Notes under the pieces: model-generated
Seen by the model: the letters and a program-made list of their open reading frames with translations, nothing else
Database searches by the model: none
What the model was told of the DNA's origin: nothing
Made by a program: the position numbers and the translations under genes
DNA from: the human T2T-CHM13v2.0 reference genome, Homo sapiens
DNA length: 64,000 bases
Direction: 5' to 3' (one strand)
Assembly (NCBI RefSeq): GCF_009914755.1
Contig: NC_060926.1
Shown: positions 26,745 through 40,948 of the stretch, piece after piece
Layout: each line of letters begins with the position of its first letter
Numbering within the stretch: position 1 is the first letter of the stretch

Positions 26745-27445
26745 AAATAAGCATTCTCTGATCACAATGCAATAGAACCAGGAAGGAAGGAAGGAAGGAA
26801 GGAAGGAAGGAAGGAAGGAGGGAAGGAAAGAAGGGTAAGGAAGGAAGAAAGATAAATTTCCTTACTAAAAATAATTAAATCTCTTCAATGACTATTTTGT
26901 CAAAGAGTAAGGAAAATCTAAATGTTTAGTTTTCCAGAATGTAATTAAGTAATTAGTTACAATGCTGCACATTAAAATATACACTAATTCAGTTAGAACA
27001 GGGCTCAGAACAAAAACATTTCTTAAATCCTCATGTTTTTAAAAAGAATGAAAATAAATTAATCAAGCATTTTTTTAAATGTTAGAGAAATAAGTAATAA
27101 AATCCCAAAGAGAACATAAATATAAAGAAGGAAGCATAAATAAACCAAATAACTGCTTCTCAAAGAAATAAATAAACCAAATAACTGCTTCTCAAACAAT
27201 GAACTAAATAAAACAGCTAGTTTTATAAGAAAAACTCATACAAAGCACATAGACACAAAAGAAAAAATTGTAAGAAGACAAGAATGACAGAAGGAAATTA
27301 AAAAAATATACATATATATATATAATTGTCTACTTTGCTCAACAAAATCTGATTTGATACAGGAAATCTATGTGGCAAATATAATTTTCAAAGAAAATAT
27401 AATTTATCCCAAATTACTCCAGATAGACAGATTCTAAAAGACAAT
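26745..27445 (+). mobile_element. Ancient L1 ORF2 relic containing (GGAA)n at 26780-26850
   Basis: ttctctgatcacaatgcaata = SDHNAI endonuclease-end motif followed by A-rich ORF2-like sequence. Confidence 0.65.
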
Positions 27446-28066
27446 TAGTTCAGTTTCAACATCTAAAGAACTTGAAAGCCATCAGTCCTGTACTTACAAC
27501 AAGAAAAAGAAAATGAAAGACTAACAATTAATGTCTTTTCTTAGAGTCACCAGAGAGAACTGAAGTTGTAGGGTGAACAGCCACCCCAGAAGCTAGGGGC
27601 AGGAGAGTAAAACAGAGATCTGAGACCAGTTTACCTGAAGCAGAAGCTGATTGAGCCATTAAATAATAGGAACACTAATATGGTAAATTTTATAAACTTT
27701 TGGGGGCTAAATGGGGACAAACTTGAGAATGAAGAACTGGTAGGGGCCCAGTCTTGGGGAGGATTCTCACACTTTCATGGGTTTTACCTCCAGGGACTCC
27801 ACCAAGTTTTCATGGTGAAAACTGGAAGAATAAGAAAATATTCTCATCTCAAGGAGAGGGGAAAGTAACCATCTTGAAAGAGCCCAGAACATTCCTAATA
27901 ACAAAACTGTTTTCCGAGAAATACTACTGTAACAGAGACTTATCTGACATCAGAGGAGTACACTTTGCCAATATGAGCCCCCTTTTATCTTCTCTCATAT
28001 AAAATGAAGGGGAAAAAGTCTAAGAAATGCTTCTGAAAATCATAGCCCAGAAACTCAGTCAGGCTT

Positions 28067-28456
28067 GGTCTTAGTCCATTTGTGTTACTATAAAGGAATA
28101 CCTGAGGCTGGGTAATCTATAAAGAAAAGAGGTTTATTTTGGCTCACAGTTCTACAGGCTATACCAGAAGCATGGCACCAGCTTCTGCTTCTGGTGAGGG
28201 CTTCAGGCTGCTTCCACTCATAGTGGAAGAGGAAGGGGAACTGGCATGTGCAAGATCACAGGGCAAGAGAGGAAGCAAGAGAGCAAGGGTGAGGCACCAG
28301 GCTTTAGAAAACAACCAACTCTCAGAGGAACTAATGGAGCAAGAACTCACTCCCCTACCCCTGGGAGGACAGTGATCTATTCATAATTTGATCTCCAACA
28401 CTGGAGATCAAATTTCAACATGACTTTTGGAGAGGCCAAATATCCAAACCATAACA
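28067..28456 (-). mobile_element. MSTB-type solo LTR
   Basis: tcttagtccatttg...tataaaggaatacctgaggctgggtaat...ctgcttctggtgagggcttcagg...tatccaaaccataaca. Confidence 0.9.
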
Positions 28457-28560
28457 TTCACCAAAAAACTGAGGATAAAGCATAATATTGTAGAACACTT
28501 CTGTCCAAATCTTACTACAACATTGACAGGGATTCACTAGATTGCAACAGATACAAATTA

Positions 28561-28915
<355 letters not shown>

Positions 28916-30305
28916 GCAGAGAAAGAGCATTATGAATAAGTAAAGGGAACATTAAATAATTTATTGTTCTTTATTCTAGTAATAATAGCAACAATGCACT
29001 GGGTGACTATAGCATATAGATACGTGAAACAAACAAAAATGATGGCATAAGGGATGAGAAGGAAGAATTGGGAATACTCTGCTATAAGGTGCCTGCATAA
29101 GCCATGAAGCAGCATAGTATGATTTTAAACAGACTTAGATTAGTTGTAAATATATATTGCAAACTCTAGGGAAACTACTAAAAAATAAAAGAAGCATAAG
29201 TGATATTTCTAATTGTTTATTTTGCCATGATCTTCATTATCCTTCACAAAAAATGATATTGTTTACAAAAGGAGAGGAAATCAAATGATATAAAATGCTC
29301 AATTAAAACCAGAAATACAGAAAAATAGAAGTTACAAAAGAAATGGTACACATGCAACAAATAGAAACAATTACAAACATGGAAGACATCAATTCAACTA
29401 TATCTACAATCACTGCAAATGTAAATGGTCCAAATACACCAATTAAAAGTGAAAGACTGACAGAGTGGATTAAAAATACAGACTCAATTATATGTTAGCT
29501 ACAGAAACCCACTTTAAATATAAAGGCACAGGTAGATTAAAAGTAAACAGAGAAGGATATGTCATGCTAACACTAATCAGAAGCAAGCTGAAGCAGCTGG
29601 CTATATTAATTTCAGACAAAGCACAATTCAGAATAAGGAAAATTATCAGGAATAAGGAGAAGCATTATTTAATGATAAAGTGGTCAATTCTTTAAGAAGA
29701 TATAACAGTTATCATATGCATGCACCTAAGAATAGAGTGTCAAAATAAGCGTGGTAAAAACTGATAGAACTGCAAAGAAAAACAGACAATTTCACTGGTA
29801 TAGTTGGAGATTTCAACATACCTCCATCAGTAATTGACACATCTGGCAGGCAGACAATCACTAAAAATATAGTTAAACTGAACAGCACCATCAGTCAACT
29901 GGATGTAATTGACATTTATTGACTGTATAATTCAATATCAGCAGAATACACATTCTTCTCACCTCACATTAAACATCCACTAAGACAGACCATATTCTGG
30001 GCCATAAACAAAGATCAAAAAAATTTAAAAGAATATAAATTATACAAAGTTTTCTCCCAGATCACAATGGAATTAACTAAAAAAGATAAATTAGCTAAAA
30101 AGATAGCTAGAAAATCTAAAAATAGTTGGAGCTTAACCAATACACTTCCACCTTAGGAAAGTAGAGAATAAAGAGAAGATTAAGACTAAATAATGCAGAA
30201 GAAAGGAAATGATAGATATTAGAACAGAAATCAATGTAATTTAAAATAGAAAATTAAACGAGAAAATAAATGAAACTCAAACTCGCAAACTGGGTCACTG
30301 GAACT

Positions 30306-30345
30306 GTCTCTATCTATCTATCTATCTATCTGTCTATCTATCTCT
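30306..30345. repeat. (TCTA)n tetranucleotide microsatellite
   Basis: tctatctatctatctatctatctgtctatctatc. Confidence 0.9.
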
Positions 30346-30733
30346 GCCATGATAACTAATACAAAAGAGATACAACACAAATTACTAATATCAGAAATTG
30401 GGGTCATTATTACTCATTATATGATCACTGAAAGACTATTAAAGAAATGCTACAAACAATACCATATGCATAATTTTGATAACTGAAATTTACCAATTCC
30501 TGGATAGAAACAACCTAACAAAAGCTTGTCTGACAAGGACATAAACTCATTCACACAAGAGGATAATCTAAGTATAGATATATAATTAATATATACATAA
30601 TAATCTAATTGATCTGTATCTATTAAAAATTAAATCAATAAATAATACCGCTACCAAAAAGAAAACACATAGGTGGTTCAGAAGTGAAATCTACCAAATG
30701 TTTTAAAGACGAAATGATACTAGATTTCTGTAT

Positions 30734-31266
30734 CAGACGTCCCCAACCCTTTGGGCACCAGGGACTGGTTTTGTGGAAGACAATTTTTCCAAGGACCAGG
30801 GTGTGAGAATGGTTTCTGGAAGATTCCAGCACATTACTTTTATTGTGCACTTTATTTCTATTATTATTACATTGTAATATATAATGAAATAATTATACAA
30901 TTCACCATAATGTAGAATCAATCAGTGGGAGCCCTGAGCTTGTTTTCCTGCAACTAGAGGGTCCCACCTGGGGGTGATGAGAGACAGTGACAGATCATCA
31001 GGCATTAGATTCTTATAAGGAGCATGCAACTTAGGTCCCTCACATGTGCAGTTCACAATAGGGTTTATGCTCATATGAGAATCTAATGCCACTGCTGATC
31101 TGACAGGAGGCAGAGCTCCGGCGGTAATGCCAGGGATGGGGGAGCAGCTGTAAATACAGATGAAGCTTTGCTCACTGCTCCCTGACCTGCTGCTCACCTT
31201 CTGCGGTGTGGTCCAGTTTCTAACAGGCCACAGAAGGGTACTGGTCCTGGGGGTTGAGGATCCCTG
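30734..31266. mobile_element. MER1A (hAT-Charlie non-autonomous DNA transposon)
   Basis: About 530 bp; TIRs cagacgtccccaacc / ggttgaggatccctg; internal atcaggcattagattc...gaatctaatgcc. Confidence 0.9.
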
Positions 31267-31644
31267 CTCTATCTTCTTTACTAGAAAATAGAAGCAGATG
31301 GAACACTTCTTAACACATTCTATAAGGCAAGCATGTCCCTCCTAACAAATTCATATAAAGACATTGCAAGAAAGAAAAAAAAATACAGACCTATATCCCT
31401 ATAAATATAAATGCAAAAATCTCAACAAAATTTTGGCATTCAATCTAACAAGGTATAGGAAGAATTGTATATATCATAATCAAGTGCTATTAATTTTAGA
31501 TATGCACAACTGGCTCAAGATACAAAATTAACATAATTAATTACATCAAAGGGTTAAAAATAAAAATTATATAATCATATCAATAAATATAGAAAAAGAA
31601 TTTGATTAAACCCAACTCCCATTCATGATAAAAACTCTCATAAT

Positions 31645-31688
31645 GGTGGATGTGGTGGTTCATGCCTGTAATCCCAGTGCTTTGGGAG
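31645..31688 (+). mobile_element. Alu 5' head only (~44 bp)
   Basis: gtggtggttcatgcctgtaatcccagtgctttgggag, then an abrupt switch to unique sequence. Confidence 0.85.
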
Positions 31689-32528
31689 CACATTGATTTT
31701 TGCTGAAAGAAGAGTGGCTGCACTGCCTCCTGCTGAGTTTGGCCACAGGATTATTTGCCGTAGGTACCAAGTCATGGTACTTGATGACCATCAATTCCTG
31801 TGAATCTGTGCCAGAGTACAGCAAAAATCTCCTTTCTAAAATGCTCATCTTTTTTCCAGAATTGGGGGAAAAAACAAATCATTTTTGTGGGTTGGACACT
31901 TTCATATTTTAAATAATAATACAATATATGGATGGAGTCCTTTTATTTTGGGTATCTGGAACATTTTGCTTTGTTCTATTCAACATAAAAATCATGAATG
32001 ATACTCTCAAGCAAAATTCTCAGAATGCAAAGCTTGCCTACATAGGATCAGAGAAGAGAAAAGATGGCTGCCTCCCTTCAGGACTTCACGACTATTATAA
32101 TTTCAGCACATCCTCAGACTACAAAATCTTAGACCAGGGTTCCTATGGGATTCAGAGGAAGGACTGGAATTAATCTGTTGGCAACACCAGCACAAGTACG
32201 AATAGTAAAATTATGAATTGATTTGACTACAAAAATAGGTCCATCAAAATGCCGGCTGCCAGAGCTTACCTCTGCTCAAATCACAAAATAGACACTGATG
32301 GTTTGTTCAGTTAATAAATACTTAGAAGACATAACCATGAGTTAGAGCCCTTAACACACTGAGAAGACAAATAATTTACATCCTGCCTAGAAATGGATTT
32401 CCTTTACAGAATCTTCTCTCTTTTGTTCTGTATTTAAAAATAAAGGGTATTAGTTTTGTTTCCACACATACTTAATCAAATGAAAAGCAGAGAAGGTGGG
32501 AGGGTTGGAATTAAAGATGCTCCTGTAA

Positions 32529-32870
<342 letters not shown>

Positions 32871-32899
32871 TAGTCTTGTGCTCTTATAACGCAGTATGT

Positions 32900-33032
32900 A
32901 TTCACACTCCTGTCTTCCATCAGACTAGATATGCTTGGAGGGCAGAAAACATATTCTACAATCCCTGAGTATCCTGCTGCTAGCAAAGTGCCCCAGAGAA
33001 TTAATAAATGCTTATAGAAAGAAAAATGAATA
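32900..33032 (+). mobile_element. L2 3' end
   Basis: agactagatatgcttggagggcaga...ctagcaaagtgcc...aataaatgctta...aatgaat. Confidence 0.65.
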
Positions 33033-35559
33033 CGTATGAAAAGAAAGTATTTGATTCAAAAAGAATAATTTGAAGGGAAAAGACAGATTCAAGAGCAAGA
33101 TCATCTGAACTGCGATGTGAACATGTAAACGTGGGAATCAGAATGATTCATGCTGGGGTGGAGTGGCCACAGCCAATGATATAGTCCATGCTAAGCTCCA
33201 CAAGTGTGACCATCTTGAAGTAATAGGATTTTTAGTGATCGTAATGGGATTTCAAAGTCAGATTCTAATTCTGCCACCACTCACAGCATGCTTTTTGGAT
33301 CACAGGATCCCTACGAGCTGTAGGTGTCTCTGTGGATGGAAACAAATATTATTTGACCCTTAATAATTTGCCACAATTATTTGGATTTTGGTACAGAGAA
33401 AAGAGAGCAAATAAGGAGGTTGAGAGAAGGAATCTCCTCTGTGGTGAGTGAGAATGCAATGTAACCCTGGGAATTCACAGATATAGCTGTCCAGCAAGTC
33501 TGCTGGGATAGAGGTGGAGGGGAGCGGCTTTCTTCTTCTTCTGGAAATGCAATGATGTGCTGCAGGCCCAGAGTCTCCAGGAGTTGGACAGTGGGCCTTT
33601 CAGTCAATCATAGAAACAACTGGCACCCAAGTCCAGATTGCCTGGCCACTAAAAGTCTATTTCTCCACTCCAAAATTTGCTTTCTCAGGCCTGTAATATA
33701 AAGAAGGAGATCTCCAGAGGGAGTGTTCTTGCATTAGAAAGCAACCCCAGCCATGCCGAGCAGATGCCCTGAACTAGTGTGCACCTCTGTGGAATTACAG
33801 AAGCCAGAAGGCAGAGAGGATGGTGTACCTACATCTCTACTTTGCAGACTGTGGCCTGGTGAGTTTTCCCTTTTCCCAACAAAGATTTTCTTAATCCATG
33901 CCTAGTGCTGGTGTGATGTTGAGTAATATTTTCTGCCCTCTTTTGTGATAGATGATAGTCCTGGAGGGACCCACCTGATACAACATCTGTTAAGTCTTCC
34001 CCAAGAGCTGGAGATGTCAGACACTGAGTGGTATTATCTCTCTCTCTCTCTTTCATCCTTCATCCTACTATGGCCTGCCTCTCTTGCTAGTGTCTGACAA
34101 CCTGTAGGCATCTTACTTGTATAGGTAGCCATTCATTAGATTATACAAGTTCTGTCCACAGATCTGCATGCTGAGAAAGGAGCAAAGGTTCTTGGGTATA
34201 CTGATTACATGGCCTGCATCTGGATGGAATTTAAGGTGGAAAGCTCATATCTTTTCTGTCCTGATTGTCTTTGAGGTTTCCTATTACTTGGTGGGTTGTT
34301 TAGTGAATCTGTGAGTTGAGTTGAACAAATATTCATTTATTTAGTTTAATAAATAATATAAAGAAGAATATTTCATCTCTACCTGCCTCTCTGCTATTCT
34401 GTCATTTGTGTTCTATTTGGATAAATATATTAATTAGCATGTTAATGCTAATGAATTGCTACATTTGAGACTTAGAGTTTGAGAGGTGGTTTATTTCATT
34501 ATATTGTAAAAAAGGATAACACAATACTAATGTGGCCATCACCAGTTTTCTTCAACAAGAAAACAATGGAGTAGTGGCTTCTTTAGAAAATCTGCAGGTA
34601 GGGGTTTGAAACTTTGTCTTTCAAGATGTAGGAAAGAATCCACTTTTCTCTTTGATCAATCACGGATGACTTAGCCCTTTTTAGTTAAAGTCTTTGAAAA
34701 TCCTTCAGTGTAATTTCCATTATGTTCTTAATACTTTTAGACATTAAGGGGATTAAGAGAAAGAGAAAGACAATTTTCTTTCTTCTCTGTATCAAGCACG
34801 TTAGGTTGTTTGGAAATAGTTTAAGAGAAAATAACTGGGAGGGGCTGCATCTACCCGAGTTTAATAGCTTTGCCATGATATAATTTTCAACACTGAGATT
34901 ACTTAAATATTTTTCAGATTACCATAGTTATAAACTGGATTTAGTGAAAGATAGAAAGATATATAACCCAGTAATAAGATTCACTTCCTAGGTAGAGGCT
35001 TTTACTCCCTGGGGCAGAAAGAAAATCATGAAGATAGCATTTTTCAGAGTTCTAGGAGACATAGTTCATATTGTCTTTCCAAATTCAAAGAAAGCATCGA
35101 CTTTGCAGACTTAAAGATATACCAATTCATTGATTATCTATATTCAGAAACAGAATAGGAATTTAGATTGGTTCCATAAACTTTAAAGTATACCAAGGCA
35201 GAGCATGGCTGGTTTACTGCTTTTCTTTCTTTTTTCTTCCTTTTTAACTCTTTTCTCCATCGGTATATCCATTTTTTATTCTCGTTTTTATTTGCCTTTT
35301 GCATTATTTTACCTACTATATCATTTTATTAAATATGACCAAATAGAGTCTCTCATTTTTTTATTATTCCAAAAGCAAAGGAAATTTCATTCTAGTGTTT
35401 ACCAGCAAAGCTCCTGCAAGAGCATCTATGTAAATGCTATCCATGTAACTAAATGCATTCCACATTTTGCCCAAACTAAATTAAATACCAACAGAAATCT
35501 TGCCAAAAATAAAAAGAAAGTGTTAAGACTATTTTCTATTAATCTTTTTATTACTCCTT

Positions 35560-36650
35560 ATTATAATGGTATATATGTACAAAGACATACAGAACTAAGA
35601 GTACAGCTCAAAGTGAATAAATCTGTGTAACCACAAATTAAGAAACAAACCAGCACCTCAGGAGAACCATCTGCCCTCCCACGATATACCCTCACCTCTC
35701 CCCAAAGGTAAACTGAATCTTAACTTTTCTTACATTAGATTAATTTTGCCAGCTTTTGGAATTATAATGGAGAAATAGAGTACATATTGCTTTGTTGTGG
35801 CTTCTTTTATTCAATATTAAACTTACATAAGATTCATCTATGTTGGTGTTTGTAACAGTAGTTCACCAACTCTTGTGATCTGGAATATATAGTATTCCAT
35901 TTTAAAATATACCAGAGTTTACATATTAATTCTATGGTTAATGTACATTTTGGATATTTTTAGTGTTGGGCTATTACAAGTCCATAAATGCATTGTCATC
36001 AGGTATATAGTTCCAGAAATGGAACTACTGGGTCATGGATAATGCATAAGTTCATTTTTCTGATATTCCCAAAAGATTTTCAAATAATTTTACTAATTTA
36101 CATAGCAAACCAGCAGTATATGAGAGTGCAATTATTTCATGTTCTCAATGCTTTATATTTTGATTTTTTTAAATTTTAGCTATTCTTTTGGGTTTGTAAT
36201 TGTATATTTCATTGAGCACTTTTTCATACAATTATTTAGATACGCTGATCCTTTACAAGTTCTTGTTTAAGTCTTTTGCCCATTTATTTATATCATCTTT
36301 ATTAAATTTTTATATTGATCTATAGGGGTTGTTTTAGATTCTGTGGGTCTTTTTGTCAATATGTATATTGTGAATATATTTCTTTTCTCACTTTTTGCAT
36401 TGCATTTTAAACCTTATAATGGTGAATTCTGATAATAAGAGATCTTCATTAAGTTCAACTTATCAATATTGCCCTTTGTAATAGTGCTTTGTGTGTTCTG
36501 TTTCAGAAATCTTTCCACAACCCCAGGCCATGAAAATACTCACTTGTGTTATTTTATAGCAACATTGTTTTACCTTCTACCTTTAAATCTCAATTCACAT
36601 GGAGACTACTTTTTCATGTGTTTGATATGAGTAGTGGTCAAGGTAAATTT
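35560..36650 (-). mobile_element. L1ME-type 3' UTR/ORF2 end
   Basis: agattcatctatgttg, gaaatggaactactgggtcat, ccagcagtatatgagagt, aagtcttttgcccattt. Confidence 0.8.
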
Positions 36651-36825
36651 TTTAAATAAATTAGTACATTTTATGCTTTAAAGCAGTTTTAGGTTTATAG
36701 AAAAATTGAGCAGAAAGTACACAGTTCTCATACACTCCTTTGCCTCCCCCTCCCTTTCCCCTATTAACAACTTGCATTAGTTTGGTATATTTATTACAAT
36801 CGATGAGTCAATACAATATTACACT
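36650..36825 (-). mobile_element. L1MC-type 3' end
   Basis: agcagttttaggtttatagaaaaattgagcagaaagtacacagttc. Confidence 0.8.
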
Positions 36826-37029
36826 GTTGTCTCCTTCTGGCTGTGCACCAAGCTTGGCTCCCATCTTCACTGCTTCATGTCATCCTGTCCAGGAGGCCCT
36901 AGTTGACTCTGCCACATGCAGATACTGGGAGGCCCAAAGGAAGATGCTAGAACACCTGGAAGCTGCTAAATGATTACTCAAAAAGTGAACCAAACTCTTT
37001 TATTATACCTTACTAATATTTCACATATA

Positions 37030-38234
37030 AGAGCCAAGATGGCCGACTAAATGCAGCCAGGGAGAGCTTCTCTCACCTGAAGATCAGACAATGAAGACCA
37101 GCACGCTCTCAGAAAGAAAGCATTGAGAGTAGACAAAAGGAGGGTGCAGACCATGGACTGATGCCGGAGGAAGATGGGAACCTTGCATGGGGTTTCCGAG
37201 CAACAAGACTCCTTACAGGCCTCAAGTGGTTCCTGGGGAAGGTGTGAGCTAAATAGGCATGGAGTGGCCTACTGTCGCCATGAACCTCTGGAATCCTAGC
37301 TGCAGAAGACCTCATAACCCCCACAGACATTTGAGCTGGCAGGGAAAGCTGCTTGGAAGGTTGGCAGGGACAGAAATCAAGCCTGTAGGGAGCCCAAAGG
37401 GTTTGGCATGAATACAACTGCAGTGGAGCACAGCTAGGGATGCCCATATGCCAAGGATTGCCATGCTCCTCTAGGTGGCTTTGGCTTTTGTTGACTGTCA
37501 AATATGAACAGAACAGGGCCATCTTGCCTGTGGGACAGGACAGCCACTCTCATAGCTCTTTTGCTGGCAGATCCCACCTTCTTATTCAAATTCACGAAAT
37601 TCAGGTAACTCCTGTAAGATACTACTCAAGATGACCATCCCCAAGACACAGTCCTCAGATTCTGCAAGGTCAATGTGAAAGAAAAAATATTAAAGGCAGC
37701 TACAGAGGAGGGGCAGATCATCTAGAAAGGGAATCCCACCAGGCCAACAGGGGGTCTTTCATCAGAAACTCTGCAAGTCAGAAGAGATTGAAGAACTGTA
37801 TTCAGCATCTTAAAGGAATGAAATTCCAACTCAGAATTTTATATCCAGCCAAGCTGAGCTTCAAAAATAAAGGAGAAATAAAATCCTTTTCAGACAAATA
37901 AATGCTATAGGAGTTTGTTACCAGCAGACTTGCCTTACAAGAAGTCTTTAAGGGAGTGCTAAACATGGAAACAAAACACTGTTACTGGCCACCATAAAAA
38001 CACACTTAAGTACATAGACCAAAGACACTGTAAAGCAACTACACTGTCAAGTCCACATCACAGCCAGCTAAGAACACAAAGACAAGATGAAATCCACACA
38101 TATCAATACTAACCTTAAATGTTAACAGGCTAAACACACAACTTAAAAGGCACAAAGTTGCAAGTTGGACAAAGAAGCAAGACCCAACTATATGCTATCT
38201 TAAAGGGGCCCAAATAACATGAAATGACATCCAT
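37030..38234 (+). mobile_element. L1 (L1PA15/16-L1PB-like) 5' UTR fused to the second half of ORF1 and the start of ORF2
   Basis: gagccaagatggccgacta (YY1 motif); ORF1 KEKILKAA (~37680); ORF2 HISILTLNVN (~38100). Confidence 0.85.
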
Positions 38235-38235
38235 G

Positions 38236-39497
38236 CATATAAAAGTTATGTTTACACTATATTATAATCTATTAATTGTCGAATAACATTATTTCTAAAA
38301 AGCAATGTTCATATCTTAATTAAAAAATAATTTATTGCTAAAAAAAATATGCCAGGTCATCTGAGCCTCCAGCGAACTGTAATCTAAATTTTGCTGGTGG
38401 AAGGTTTTACCTCAATATTGATGGTTGCTGACTGATCAGAGTGGTGATTTCTGGCAGTATGAGTGCTTGGGACAATTTCTTAAAGTAAGACAATAATGAA
38501 GTTTGCTGCATTGATTGCTCCTTTCATGGAATATTTCATTGTAGCATGAAATGCTCTTTGACAGCATTTTATCCACTATAGAACTACTTTCAAAATTGGA
38601 ATGAATCATTTTAAATCCTGCCACTGCTTTTTAAAATATGTTAATGAAATATTTTAAATCATTTGTGATCATTTAAATAATGTTCACAACATCTTCACCA
38701 GGAGGAGATTCCATCTCAAAAGAAACCAATTTCTTTGCTCATGCACAAAAAGCATCTCTTTATCCATTCAGGTTTTCTGGTGATATTGTAGTAATCAGTC
38801 ACACCTTTAGGCTCCATCTCCAATTCTAGTTGTCTTGCTATTTCTACCACATCTGAAATAGCTTACTCCACTGAAATATTGAGCCCCTTAAAGTCATCCG
38901 TAAGAGTTGGAATCAACTTCTTTCAAACTCCTGGTAAGGTGGATATTTTGACTTCTCCTCCGTAAGTCATGAATGTTCTTAATGGCAACTAGAAGAGTGA
39001 ATCCTTTTCAGAAGGTTTTCAACTTACCTTGCCCATCCCCATTTGCAGAATTGCTATCTACAGGAACTATAGCCTTACAAAATGTATTTCTTAAATAATA
39101 AGACTTGAAAGTTGAAATTACTGCTTGACACATGGGCTGCATAATGGATGTTGTGTTAGCAGGCATTAATACAAGATTAATCTACTGTACATTTCCACCA
39201 GCATTCTTGGGTGACCAGGGGAATTCTCAATGCTTAGTAATGTTTTGAAAGAAATCTATTTTTCTAAGCAGTAGATCTCAATGAGGGCTTTAACAATTCA
39301 GTAAACCACATGGTAAACAAATGTGCTGTCATCCAGGCTTTGTTGTTAAATGTATAGAGAAAAGGCAGAGTAGATTCAGCATAATTTTAAGGGCTCTTAG
39401 ATTTTTGGAATGGTAAATAGCAATGCCTTCAACTTAAAAATCACCAGCTGCATTAGCCCATCACAAGAGAGTCAGACTGTCCTTTGAAGCTTTGAAG
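38236..39497 (-). mobile_element. Tigger1 transposase 3' half
   Basis: gcatataaaagttatgtttacactata, catcttcaccagga, aataataagacttgaaagttgaaattact, caccagctgcattagcc; peptide [22 protein letters not shown]. Confidence 0.9.
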
Positions 39498-39575
39498 GTA
39501 GGACATGCTTGAAAACCAGTGATGTAGATTGAAGATTGATTGAGTATATTTGAAATTTTGTTTGTTTTTAAGTAA

Positions 39576-40035
<460 letters not shown>

Positions 40036-40814
40036 CACAAATAACTTTTAAATAACATTTAACAATGGGGACTCAGTAGGTTTGTAGTTCTTAAACATTT
40101 TATATCTGGAGAACTTAGGTTTAATCCATACTTCTTTAAAGATAAGAAGTGAAGATGAAGGGTGACAAATTCAGGGAAATATTTTAAAGCCTAAATTAAA
40201 AGAAGATTTGAAAAAATTTAACCTTCAGTAATACATCTAACGTTTGTGAGTAACCAAAAATGTCTTGAACAAATGAATTTTTCCCAAACTCACAATTTGT
40301 TTTTACCATTAATAGATGGGGCCCTTTTACTATACAGTGTTTCCTCATTAAAGATTCCATTATTTTTAAGTACTGCCTTTTTCTAGTTTAAAATGAAGAA
40401 TTCCGTTCTTCATTGAAGGAGAAATTTTCATTTATTTCATATTTAAACCAAATGTGCTATGCTAGGTCTATTTAGGAGTTCCCTCAGTGACTTAGTCATA
40501 ATTGATTGAAATATTTTTTTGCAGAGCCTGATCCAGGCTAAGTCTGGAAATGCAATGAGTTACAGAACAGTTCCTCTTGATCTAAACAGTAGTCAGACTA
40601 TGAAAATCAGTGGAGCTTGAGGCTAAGTTAGATCAGAGGATTAATGCTCAGACCCTTAACTTTGTGGACTTCATGACTCAGAGAATCCTGGTGTGATAAT
40701 TAAAGGCAAGGCCAGCAATCTCAACAGGGCCCTTAGTGAACACTGTTCTGGAAAATTGAATATTTGTAGGCATTTAGCCCCTAGGAGGAAGGGGTCTGAA
40801 GGGCCCTTAGAATG

Positions 40815-40948
40815 CACCTTTTATTGGTGGCTGAAGCTCAAGCTGGATAAATGACTTATTCTTAGTCCCAAATCTGGTTGGTGGAAATAATAGTGTCAGA
40901 ATGTATATTTTCTGACTTCTAGTCCATGTCTCTTTCCACTAGACCTTG
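40815..40948 (-). mobile_element. MIR
   Basis: ctgaagctca...aaatgactt...tctgacttctagtccatgtctctttccactagacc. Confidence 0.7.

Noticed and set aside
33380-33900. GC-richer block that might be an exon or ancient LTR
   Set aside because: No convincing reading frame, splice pair or recognisable consensus; left unassigned
35205-35630. 141-aa hydrophobic ORF
   Set aside because: T-rich low-complexity composition, no recognisable domain, runs into an old L1
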